Source: an uncultured Acidobacteriota bacterium
Lineage (GTDB): Bacteria > Acidobacteriota > JAQAZP01
Assembly (NCBI GenBank): GCA_963836075.1
Contig: CAWIIB010000002.1
Coordinates: 1 to 22,681 of the forward strand
Direction of reading: 5' to 3'
Length of the DNA: 22,681 bases
The number at the start of each line of letters is the position of its first letter. Within the stretch, counting starts at the first letter, position 1. The notes below the pieces were generated by a model. It was not told the DNA's origin. It was given only the letters and a program-made list of their open reading frames with translations, and ran no database searches. Made by a program: the position numbers and the translations under genes. This document shows, piece by piece, positions 10,958 to 20,000 of this stretch.

Positions 10958-11144
10958 CGCCTCCGTCCCACTCTCCAATAAACCGGTCACCCGTCCGGCA
11001 TCGAAACCTGCCCCGGTCAAGGACCGCGGTTTCGCGCCGGTCGAGGTGGCCGGCTCCAGATTTCAAGAACTCAGGTTGATTTCCTGACTCAATACGTACT
11101 CGCTCCACGACGAATTTCAACCCGCAACCACGCCGCTCGATGGC

Positions 11145-12482
11145 CTACCGGCTGAGGGTGATGGACACGGCCACAAACAACCGGTCGTAGTCGCGGGCGA
11201 AGTTCGATGTCCGGCTGCGGTACATCGCCTCGAACCCCAGCACCATACCTTCACGCGGGAGATACCTGAACCCCAGAATCGGGTTGCTGAAGCGGTCTTC
11301 ACGGCTGACGTAAACCGGGTCGTCCTCGGTGCCGGTGTTCACATCCGCCACCGGATAGTCGCTGCGGTCCCAGCCATACCCGAGATCGAGCCACCCGGCC
11401 CCCCCCATGCGCAGGGAGACACGGCCCTCGAGTTTCCGCCGCAGATAGAAGAGGTTCGTGGCGTAAGTGGAGAACTGCCGATCCCGGTCGGCATTTACCG
11501 TGAAATGCAGCCAGGACTTCATCTTCCAGGTCATCCGGGCAAAGCCCACAAGTCCTGCGTAATCCTGCTCCGGTGCGAGGTCGGCGGTAAAACTGGAGTA
11601 GCCCACCTCCAGTTCGCCGTTGATGATCCCGGTGGGATCGAATTCAGCGCCCAGGAGATAGCGCAGTTCGGATGACTCTCTCGTGCTTGCGGGATCCTTG
11701 AAATCGTAATCGGTGTGCCTGACCCTGATCAGAAATGTGGTCCGGGGCAGCGCGGCATAGTGCATCAGCAGCCCGTTCCGCCGCTCAGTCCGGTCGAGCA
11801 CCAGGGCAATGCTGTCCGGCGCGCCCGGTTCGACTTCGGAAGGGTCGTCATAACTGATCTTGTCACTATCGTGGGTCAGACCCGCTTCCACACGCGGTGA
11901 GATCTCCAGCAGGAGTTCGCCGCTGATGAGGTTGTTATTTCGCCTGACCCGGGCATCGATTTCATCGTTGGGCCGCTGGAGCCTGGTGGTGTACCGGTCA
12001 CCGAGCGCGAGGTGAATTCGTTTGAGGTAAAGATCGTATCCGAAAGCGCCATCATTATTTAAGTAAATTCCGGGAGGGTTCTTCTCATAAAAAACGATGT
12101 CGAGGTCTTCTTCCACCCACAGCATGTTCCGGTTGCCGATGGGCATGAACAGATCGATACCGGGGGCCAGGGTGGCGGTGAACGATCCCACCTGTTCCTG
12201 GTTCGTGTTGTACAGGTTGTTGTCATACCCCGCATCCTTCAGCCGGATGCGGGGTTTCCAGTACAGCGGCCCCCAGTTGGCCAGCCCCTCGATGGCCTCG
12301 TCAACAGGAGAGGTGTTCTCCTCCGCGTGAAGGGAACAGGCACCGGGGATCACCGCCGGAAGGATGACGAGCAGGATACAGATACCGAGCGTGATCCGTC
12401 CCCCCGCCACGGTCGGGCGAGAAACATGACGGGCAGACGGTAGAATCGGTTCGGGAAAGAGATTGAACCAGCGCGCTGGCAA
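11145..12482 (-). CDS. Outer-membrane beta-barrel protein of the polysaccharide-export type (BBP2/EpsX-WzpB-like)
   Basis: Intact 445-aa ORF with a signal peptide, the motif GYDNNLY, alternating amphipathic strands and a terminal strand LFVAVSITLSR. Lies immediately upstream of the OPX gene. TTG start with a GGAGG SD. Confidence 0.8.
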   Translation of the reverse strand: MPARWFNLFPEPILPSARHVSRPTVAGGRITLGICILLVILPAVIPGACSLHAEENTSPVDEAIEGLANWGPLYWKPRIRLKDAGYDNNLYNTNQEQVGSFTATLAPGIDLFMPIGNRNMLWVEEDLDIVFYEKNPPGIYLNNDGAFGYDLYLKRIHLALGDRYTTRLQRPNDEIDARVRRNNNLISGELLLEISPRVEAGLTHDSDKISYDDPSEVEPGAPDSIALVLDRTERRNGLLMHYAALPRTTFLIRVRHTDYDFKDPASTRESSELRYLLGAEFDPTGIINGELEVGYSSFTADLAPEQDYAGLVGFARMTWKMKSWLHFTVNADRDRQFSTYATNLFYLRRKLEGRVSLRMGGAGWLDLGYGWDRSDYPVADVNTGTEDDPVYVSREDRFSNPILGFRYLPREGMVLGFEAMYRSRTSNFARDYDRLFVAVSITLSR

Positions 12483-12687
12483 ATCGCCTCCAGAGGGTGT
12501 ACAGATACAGCCGTTTGGCCAGGCTGCCGGGGCAGCATCCTGACCAGGGTGCTCTGGCCATCGGGCCGTGCCGGCTGGTCTCAGGAGCGGAGGCCGATGG
12601 CGGAACCAATCCGCCAGCGCCCCTGCCCGCCGTCCGGCACATCAGTGTCGGTGATCAGGCTTCTTCGCCGGAAGCCGACCTGGGGAA

Positions 12688-13206
12688 CTACGGGTTTGCC
12701 GGACTCTCCGGTGCCGGGTCATCTTCAAGTTGCTTGGCCACAACCAGACCCGCGGCCACCGCGGCCGCGGAAAGCACCACGATACCCACCGGGGACTTCC
12801 ACCAGGCCGCGGCCTTCTTTGTGGAAGCCGTTCCCTCGTCCTCTGACAGGGCCAGGGAAATTACCTGGGGCACCGTGTTTTTTACCGCCACCTGGTCCGA
12901 CGTCAGGAAGTACCCCTTTTCAGTCTCAACGGCCAGGTCGTAGGTGCCGAAGGGGACCTCACGCGAAATATACATGCCCAGTTCGTCCGCGGGACTGCTC
13001 TTGTATATTTCGCCGGTGACAGTGTTTCGGACCTGAACCACCGCTCCTGAATACACACTGCCACCGTCATCGGTGGTGATCACACCGAGCAGGGTTCCGG
13101 ATTCGGAGTCTAGTGCCCACGCGCCTGGAAAACCGATACAAGCGGGCACCATCAGCAAAAGAATTGCCGCCACACCCTTCCTCCAACCCATATTGCTCAA
13201 TCTCAT
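12688..13206 (-). CDS. Exported carboxypeptidase-regulatory-like (transthyretin-fold) domain protein with a C-terminal membrane segment
   Basis: Signal peptide, then GTLLGVITTDDG...GAVVQVRNTVTG...ADELGMY...VPFGTYDLAVET. Tail is WWKSPVGIVVLSAAAVAAGLVVA followed by an acidic/Pro stretch. GGAGG SD. Confidence 0.75.
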   Translation of the reverse strand: MRLSNMGWRKGVAAILLLMVPACIGFPGAWALDSESGTLLGVITTDDGGSVYSGAVVQVRNTVTGEIYKSSPADELGMYISREVPFGTYDLAVETEKGYFLTSDQVAVKNTVPQVISLALSEDEGTASTKKAAAWWKSPVGIVVLSAAAVAAGLVVAKQLEDDPAPESPANP

Positions 13207-13316
13207 CCGAGTTCCTCCCTGGGAGACAGGCTTCCCTTAATAGAGAACATATTTCCCTCTCGGAGACCCGAGAAGAAAACAATAGTCTGTACTTATTATC
13301 GGAAAAACTTATAACT

Positions 13317-13346
13317 ATAATAAACTCCTTTTTAAACTGAAGTCAA
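13317..13346 (-). promoter_or_regulatory. Sigma70-type promoter for the export cassette
   Basis: Minus-strand TTGACT (13346-13341), 18 nt, TATTAT (13322-13317) in an AT-rich intergenic region. Confidence 0.5.
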
Positions 13347-13363
13347 GATACGTTCTCACCACT

Positions 13364-13393
13364 TTGACAGGCGTATATCAGGTTGAATAGACT
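13364..13393 (+). promoter_or_regulatory. Sigma70-type promoter for cvpA
   Basis: TTGACA (13364-13369), 18 nt, TAGACT (13388-13393). Confidence 0.55.
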
Positions 13394-13425
13394 TCTGGCA
13401 GAATGGATAATAAGGAAATTAATGT

Positions 13426-13959
13426 ATGAATGTCATCGATCTGCTCATTCTTGTGGTCAGCCTCGTCGGAGTCACCCTTGGCGCGATCAAGGGGATCTCC
13501 CGAATCCTGCTTGCCGCACTGGGGCTGGTCTGCGGGATTGTTCTTGCCGCCCGACTGCACCAGCCGGCGGGAAACCTGCTGGAGCGGCTGGTCGACGGTG
13601 CTTCCCTGCGTAAATCCATCGGGTTTGTAATGGTCTTCCTCCTGACCTGGATCATCTTCCTGCTGCTCGGCTACCTGGTCTCCTGGCTACTGAGAAAGAC
13701 AGGCCTGCGGTGGCTCGACCGAACAGTGGGCGCCGGCGTCGGCTTCGGGGCCGCGGTGATCTTTCTCTTCTTCATTCTGATCCTGCTCACCGCCCTGCTG
13801 CCGGTGAACAGCCCGCTGCTCACCGAGTCGCGCCTGAGCCCCTTCTTGCTGGGGACGGTGAACCGGGCATCGCTGCTGGTTCCCCACCAGACCCAGGATC
13901 GTTTCTCGGACAAGCTGGAAGCGGTACGGCGTTTTTGGGAGCAAACATCTGCCGAATAA
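13426..13959 (+). CDS. cvpA: CvpA family membrane protein
   Basis: MNVIDLLILVV...GAIKG, several TM segments, GLRWLDRTVGAGVG and ESRLSP. AAGGA SD. Confidence 0.92.
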   Translation: MNVIDLLILVVSLVGVTLGAIKGISRILLAALGLVCGIVLAARLHQPAGNLLERLVDGASLRKSIGFVMVFLLTWIIFLLLGYLVSWLLRKTGLRWLDRTVGAGVGFGAAVIFLFFILILLTALLPVNSPLLTESRLSPFLLGTVNRASLLVPHQTQDRFSDKLEAVRRFWEQTSAE

Positions 13960-13966
13960 GGGAATA

Positions 13967-13992
13967 GCGAACTTTTTGGGCCGGCTGCCGTA
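13967..13992 (+). promoter_or_regulatory. Putative ECF-sigma (autoregulatory) promoter
   Basis: GCGAAC (13967-13972), 16 nt, CGTA (13989-13992), matching the AAC-N16-CGT architecture of SigW-like ECF promoters, about 90 nt before the ECF gene. Confidence 0.55.
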
Positions 13993-14081
13993 TTTCACAG
14001 GTGACGGGAGGCAAGGCAACCTCACCCGGCAGGAAACCGAACCAGGGCCGAGATCGACAACTTCACAAGGAGCTCGGTAGG

Positions 14082-14763
14082 ATGCCCCAGCCGGCGGAAA
14101 GAGACCGAAGCGACCGGAACTCCTCCGGAAATCACCGACGGCCAACTCGTCCAGAATTGTCTTGACGGTGAATCCCCGGCCTGGGAAGAACTGGTGACCA
14201 GATACAGCAGACGTGTCTACAACGTGGCCTACCAGTTCACCGGACGCCACGAGGAAGCCGAGGATCTGACCCAGGATATTTTTCTCAAGATCTACCGCTC
14301 CCTCGGCACCTTCGACCTCGATGCCGCCTTCCTCCCCTGGCTGATCAGGGTATCGAAAAACATGTGCGTGGATCACTATCGCAAGCGCCGTCGGGAACGG
14401 CTGCTGGTTCACGGGAACTGGGAAAAAATCACCAATGTGGCCTGCACCCGTTCCAATCCATATCAGAAGACATTCAACCGGGAACGGCGGGCGATTTTGC
14501 TCCGCGCCCTGGAGCAGATCCCGCCCGACCTGAAGGCAGTGGTCATCCTGCGGGACCTGCAGGGACTGACATACCAGGAAATTTCCGAGGCGATGGATCT
14601 TCCCGAAGGAACGGTGAAATCCCGCCTCAACCGCGGCCGCCTGGAACTGGCCCGATTCATCCGCGGCGAGGACCGCTCCCTGGAGAAGGTCGCCTCGGTG
14701 AGCGGCGGCTGGTTCCGCAAGGCCGTCCGGAAACGTGCCGCCGCCGCGGCCAGTCCAGGCTGA
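14082..14763 (+). CDS. ECF RNA polymerase sigma factor (SigW/RpoE-like); probable start ATG 14082 with one indel near 14095
   Basis: EITDGQLVQNCLDGESPAWEELV is in frame upstream of GTG 14194. Region 2: AEDLTQDIFLKIY...WLIRVSKNMCVDHYRK. Region 4: LRDLQGLTYQEISEAMDLPEGTVKSRLNRGR. Confidence 0.93.
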
Positions 14764-14791
14764 AAGGCGTTCTGAAAGGAGGCGCCGGGGC

Positions 14792-15397
14792 ATGAGCCAT
14801 GAATTGCAGGAAACGCAGCAAAACTGTTCAGCGAGCAGATCGAGGGCCGCCTCGACTCGGAGCGGTCGGAGCAGACTGCTGGCCCACCTCGACCGCTGCG
14901 CCGACTGTGCCGAGTTGATCGAGATCATGGAGCTGAACATCGTTCAGCTGGAAAACGTGCCGGAGCCGCCATGCCGGCCGGTCTCGAACAGCGTCTGGCC
15001 TCGATCCCGCAGCGTGAACTGGCCGCGGCCAGCGCCAGGGGCAGCAAAGCGGCAGCGGGGCTGGGGGCCGGCGGCGCACTGGCTCTTCTCCAATGCGGCG
15101 GCAGCCGTGATCCTGGCGGTGTTCATCACCGCCAACCTCACCTGGTTCAATCCCGATTTCCAGGATTCGATCCACGGCTGCCGGAGGCTGATCAACGACA
15201 AGAGCGCGCAGGGCGCTGGAATGGCTTCGGACTGGGGAGCCGGACTGAACGATTTGAAACAGAAGGTGGAATCCCGGATGGACATGGTTCGGGATGCCGA
15301 CGGCCGGACCGCTAAGGATACCGACGAAACGGAGGCTGACACCTCCGGATTCCTGGTCACCGAAATCATCAGGGCGCTGGGTCTGATCGGAGCCTGA
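14792..15397 (+). CDS. Zinc-finger (zf-HC2/ZAS) transmembrane anti-sigma factor, with local compensating indels
   Basis: HLDRCADC (HxxxCxxC). An alternative frame gives MNC...LFSEQIEGRLD. TM segment AAAAVILAVFITANL. Directly downstream of the ECF gene. Confidence 0.85.
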   Translation: MSHELQETQQNCSASRSRAASTRSGRSRLLAHLDRCADCAELIEIMELNIVQLENVPEPPCRPVSNSVWPRSRSVNWPRPAPGAAKRQRGWGPAAHWLFSNAAAAVILAVFITANLTWFNPDFQDSIHGCRRLINDKSAQGAGMASDWGAGLNDLKQKVESRMDMVRDADGRTAKDTDETEADTSGFLVTEIIRALGLIGA

Positions 15398-15428
15398 AAC
15401 AGCCCGGGCGCCCGGGGGCGAGGGAAAC

Positions 15429-16174
15429 ATGCGCTGCCACTACCATGCAGAAGAAGAAGCCATCGGCGCCTGCGCCATGTGCGGACACCCGCTCTGCGAG
15501 ACCTGCACCCGGGAGCGAGACCGGGTCTTCTATTGCGAAAGCTGTCTGGCGGAGAAGGAAGGCAGCGGGGGAGAACCGGCCCCGGCAAGCGATATTCCGA
15601 AAATCAAGCTTCCGGCCGGCGAATATTATCAGCCCCCGCGTGCTGATGCCGGAAAAGACCCGGCCTCGAAAAGCAAGCGGCCCGGAACGGCCGCCCTGCT
15701 CTCGATATTCATCCCCTTCACCGGCCAGATCTACAACAACCAGTTCGCCAAGGCCCTTACATTTCTGCTGCTCTTCATCAGCTCCATTATCCTGACCCAG
15801 AAATCGCATCCGATGGAGGGCCTGTTCGGAGTCATCGCGGCCTTCATTTACTTTTACCAGATCTACGACGCATACAAGACCGCTCGGGGAACAAAGAATC
15901 CGAACACTCCACGGCGCTGGTCCCCATGCTCACCGGTGAAAGCCAGGCCGAATTCACTGGCCAGGGCGCCGAACCAGCTTCCGGCCCGGTGGCGGCACCG
16001 GCAGTCGAATCACCGATCTGGGGCATCAGCCTGATACTGCTCGGGGTCATCTTCCTGCTGGACAATTTCAACCTGATTCACTACTCCACCCTGATCAATC
16101 GTCTCTGGCCGCTGTTCATTATCGGCACCGGGATGGCGATGATCCTGATCTACGCTCGCCGCAGAACCAGCTGA
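15429..16174 (+). CDS. Membrane protein with an N-terminal B-box-type zinc finger, a central TM2-like region and a C-terminal LiaF/DUF5668-like TM module; frameshift near 15900-15925
   Basis: MRCHYH...CAMCGHPLCETC...YCESC, then PGTAALLSIFIPFTGQIYN, YQIYDAYKTAR and WGISLILLGVIFLLDNF...LWPLFIIGTG. Confidence 0.82.
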
Positions 16175-16236
16175 AACAACCGGCATCGGAAGTCGGAACC
16201 CGGCGGCCGTACAGGAAACACCGCCGCCGGTACATG

Positions 16237-16274
16237 ACGAAGCCCCGCGGCCGCCAGGGCCCGCGGGGCTTCGT
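16237..16274. terminator. Probable bidirectional terminator hairpin between convergent genes
   Basis: Perfect 14-bp stem acgaagccccgcgg (16237-16250) / ccgcggggcttcgt (16261-16274) with a 10-nt loop. U-tracts are weak. A second 8-bp stem lies at 16200-16230. Confidence 0.7.
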
Positions 16275-16297
16275 TGCTCACAATCACGAATCGGCGG

Positions 16298-16708
16298 CTA
16301 CGGCGCTACCACTTCCAGGCTGTCGGACCCCGTGTCCACGGGCACGCCATCCATTTCAATCCATCCGGTAAAACTGTAAATTCCCGGCTGAGCATAGGAC
16401 GACACCGGAATCTCCCAGTTCTTGCGACGGGAGGTGGCCGGGGTCACATTGTTGATCGTGATCGGGCCACGGGGGATGGTGTACCCCCAGGGAGTATCGA
16501 TGGTCATGTAGCCGATACCGGAGAGGAAGATACCTGAACCGTATGGAGCAGGGTTGAAGATTACCGTGTTGACGATCGCCTTCTCACCGATCAGGACCGT
16601 ATCCTGGGGCAGATTGAAGACCACCAGTTGAAGTTCATATTCCTGGGCCATGGCACTCGCGCCCGCCATCAGAAATCCCAGGACCAGCAGAACAGCCAGT
16701 TTTTTCAT
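16298..16708 (-). CDS. Secreted 136-aa hypothetical protein, probably a single Ig-like beta-sandwich
   Basis: ATG 16708 with a GGGGAGG SD, signal peptide MKKLAVLLVLGFLMAGASAMA, and IPVSSYAQPGIYSFTGWI...DSLEVV. Confidence 0.8.
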   Translation of the reverse strand: MKKLAVLLVLGFLMAGASAMAQEYELQLVVFNLPQDTVLIGEKAIVNTVIFNPAPYGSGIFLSGIGYMTIDTPWGYTIPRGPITINNVTPATSRRKNWEIPVSSYAQPGIYSFTGWIEMDGVPVDTGSDSLEVVAP

Positions 16709-16726
16709 CAGACCTCCCCTTGCTTG

Positions 16727-16860
16727 TGGTGAATCGAAACCAAAGAAATGGCCAACGGAATACCTCCTCCGCAAACACATCCCAACCCTGAGTATTTTCA
16801 CCTGTGGAAACGATACTGAAATCCGAGAGTTTTGCGGCGGTGAGAGGAACAACTCCACCA
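16727..16860 (-). ncRNA. Candidate structured 5' leader RNA (family not recognised)
   Basis: Nested complementary segments, several needing G-U pairs on the minus strand, between the promoter and the SD; see findings. Confidence 0.4.
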
Positions 16861-16883
16861 AACCGTGCACAACTTGTTATTAG

Positions 16884-16912
16884 AATTTAAGCGATACAAG
16901 ACTATTTGTCAA
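16884..16912 (-). promoter_or_regulatory. Sigma70-type promoter
   Basis: Minus-strand TTGACA (16912-16907), 17 nt, TAAATT (16889-16884). Confidence 0.65.
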
Positions 16913-16987
16913 TATCCTATCGGGAAAAATCAACATGACTGCCCGGAACGGCCGACCGGCAGACCTCATCGTCATGGCCGAGCCATG

Positions 16988-16996
16988 TGGTATAAT
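16988..16996 (+). promoter_or_regulatory. Extended -10 promoter for the GWxTD-VWA gene
   Basis: TG-G-TATAAT, a perfect consensus, about 85 nt upstream of ATG 17082. Confidence 0.6.
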
Positions 16997-17081
16997 TCGA
17001 CGTGATACCCGCAGCAGGATACCAATTAGTTAGCAACCTCACCTCGTCGGGCCCTGCCCCGGGGGCATCCAGGCAACGTGA

Positions 17082-20000
17082 ATGAAATCCCACGGCCCGC
17101 GCTCAATACACCCGAAAACGATCCTTATCCTGGCCACAGCCATCCTCTTAACCTCGCCAACCGGCGGTGTGTTTCCGGCAGCGCCCGAGATACAGTTCGA
17201 GGATTCCGCCGAGGAGTTCACGCTGATCACGGGGAACTGGCTCCAGGAAGTAGCCGCGGACCTGCCGCTTGCCGAGGAATGGCAACTCTACCAGTCCATG
17301 CGCCGCCCGGATGACCGCGGTTATTTTCAGGGGGTATTCTGGGCCCGTCGAGATCCCACCCCTGATACGGTGCACAACGAATTCAAGTATGCCTACCTCG
17401 CACGAAAGCACCGTGCCCGGGAATTGTTCAGCTGCCGATTGGCCGGAGTGGCATCAAGCGACGAGGGTGTGTCGGTGCCCGGTGACCTGACCGACATGGG
17501 CCGGGTCTACACACTGCTGGGCCAGCCGGACGGGGGCCTGCCGCTCACTTTTGCACCGGGGGGTGGCGCTGAGGCCCTGGCCGCGGCACGCTACTCACCT
17601 GCCTTTGAATGGATATACCGTAAAAACAGCACTCTTCTCCCACTTTCCGAACCGCTGACCCTCAGTTTCCAGGACCTGAACAGTGATGGTCTTCCCGAAC
17701 TGGTGGACGAGGCCCGGTTTTTCGGGGAAATTGTGCCGGAACTCAGACAAAAGACCATCCTCTGGCCGGAAATCTTTTACCAGCCAGGGGGCCGGCCGCT
17801 TGACGGCCGGCCGATGGACCTGGTTGACGAAATCGAGCTCGTGGCCTCGGTGAGGGAATATTTCCGCATGGGACTGGGGCCGGCCGACATGGACGTCCAG
17901 GTTCAACCGCAAGTCTCCTTTTTCCGCGGCGAGGAGGGAAAGACCAGTGTCTGGCTCACCTGCAATCTGTTCGTGGTCAGGGGCCAGGGGCACGCCGCCT
18001 ACCGGGTCAAACAGAACCAGGGTGCCGAAAACCTCCGACTTCGCGGTCTGGTTGTGGGGCCGGACGGGGACGTGACCGACCGCTTCCACATCCGTGCCAT
18101 GCGCTCCGGACAGGATGAAGCGGTGATATTGAGCGAGACGGTGAGCCCCGAGGACGAACCGTGGACCCTGCGCAGGGTTTTCGACCTGGCTCCCGGCGAC
18201 TACCAGGTCTATCTCATTGCCATGGACCGGGCCACATCAAAACAGGGGTGGCACCGGCTCAATTTCCGGGTACCCGACCTGGGCCTCGATCAGCTCGCCG
18301 CCAGCAGCCTGTTGCTGGGAAACGGCCTCGAACCCTACCCGCTGATCCGGCGCCCCATGCCGCCCCCCTTCTGCCACCGCGGGCGTCAACTGACACCGTT
18401 GCCGGCGGAGGGTACCATCCCCCTGCCCCTCTCGGCCGGTCCGACCATGCTCTACCACGTCTACCTGCCCACGTCCGGGGAGGAAGAGGGAACTCAGGGT
18501 CTCCGCGCAGACCCGCGCCAGGTGGAGGCTTCATTCCGTGAGCTGACCGAGCGGCCGTTTCTCACCACCTACCGTTTCAAACGGGCCGGTGAAACTGTCC
18601 TCACACTTCCGGGAAACGCCCTGAACGAACTGGCCCAGCCGGTGGATTCCGCTGAACGGGAATGGAAAGTCTCGATCACCGTGCCGCCCGATCGCCTCAC
18701 GCCGGGTGAATACCAGGTGGAGGTGGAGGTGATTCTCCCCGGCGCCGGCCAAACCTGTCTTCTGGGCACGGGGCTGGCCATAACCGAAGTGGGCTCCGCG
18801 GTGCTTGACCAGGGCAGCGGCGAATCCGCCCCCCTGCGGCTGTTGACCCGGCTCGAGAAACGGGGACTGCCGGAGGCCGGCGACGAGCAGACCGGAGCCC
18901 GAAAAGTGGTGATCACCACCCCCACCGCCCAGGAGAACATCTTCGCCGTCGAACGCCTGGAGGCTGTTCCGACCCTCGGCCCCAACGGCGAAGAAGCGGA
19001 GTGGATCGATTTCTACGTCGATGGCGAACACCTCCTCCGGGACCTCGCCCCGCCCTACCGTTGCCTCTGGCGCGCGTACCCGGCGGCCACCGACTACCAG
19101 GTCACGGTACGGGCCCACTATCCCGGCGCGAAATGGGCCACTGACCATGTGCTGCTGGCCCGGCCGAACAACTACCTCTCGCTGGAAGTGGAGCTCCAGC
19201 AGATGTATGTCACCGTTGCCGACCCCGCAACCGGCGATTACGTTTCCGGTCTCACCCGGGATAGCTTCCTGCTGCTGGAGGACGGCACGGAACAGGAAAT
19301 CAGTCACTTCGAACAAAAACAGCGGCAAAACCTGGTGGCCGCCTTTCTCTTCGACATGGGCATCGACCCGCCCCAGGCCCTGCAAAAGCTCAAGGAGGGG
19401 GCCGTGAAATACATCACGGAAAACATGCCCCAGGGCGACCGGGCTTTTATCGCCGCCTACCAGGTACGAACCCTGGTCCAGCAGGAACTCACCGGCCAGC
19501 GGGGCCTGCTGGTCAGCGCGATCAAATCGCTGCCGGCTCCCGACGCCGCCAGCAGCCGGCGGGCAGACCGGATGATGGAAGCAATTTCCGCCTGTGCCGC
19601 CGAGCTGGAGCAACTGGAGGGAGATCGAAAGGTCCTGATCCTGCTCTCCGACGGCAAGGACGTAACAGCGGCAATCAGCAACCGCGGACTGGCCGACCAG
19701 CTCCAGCGCAGCGGTATCACCCTTTACGCCATCGGGATCAACACCACTCCCCCGCTCACCAACAACCAGTTCTACAACCTGACCCGCGACCCCTCCACAT
19801 TCGAAAAGGCGATGCGGCTGATCGGTCTCGGCGGCTTCTACCGCAGCAAGGACCTGAAACGGGCCGAAGCGCGAAACCAGTTCATGGAACGAAGGTTCAG
19901 CGAATCGCTGCTCGACACACTGACGCTGGCCTCGGGCGGCCGCTACTATCCCTTCGACGTGAGCTTCCGCGCCGATCACATTCGTGATGCACTGATCAGT

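Noticed and set aside
10995-11040. Imperfect hairpin between the barrel and OPX genes as an ops/JUMPstart element or terminator
   Set aside because: There is no GGCGGTAG on the coding strand and no U-tract. At most it is an mRNA stability hairpin.
13426-13959. Bacteriocin system suggested by the CvpA name
   Set aside because: No precursor peptide, peptidase-containing ABC exporter or immunity gene is present, and CvpA is a widespread membrane protein.
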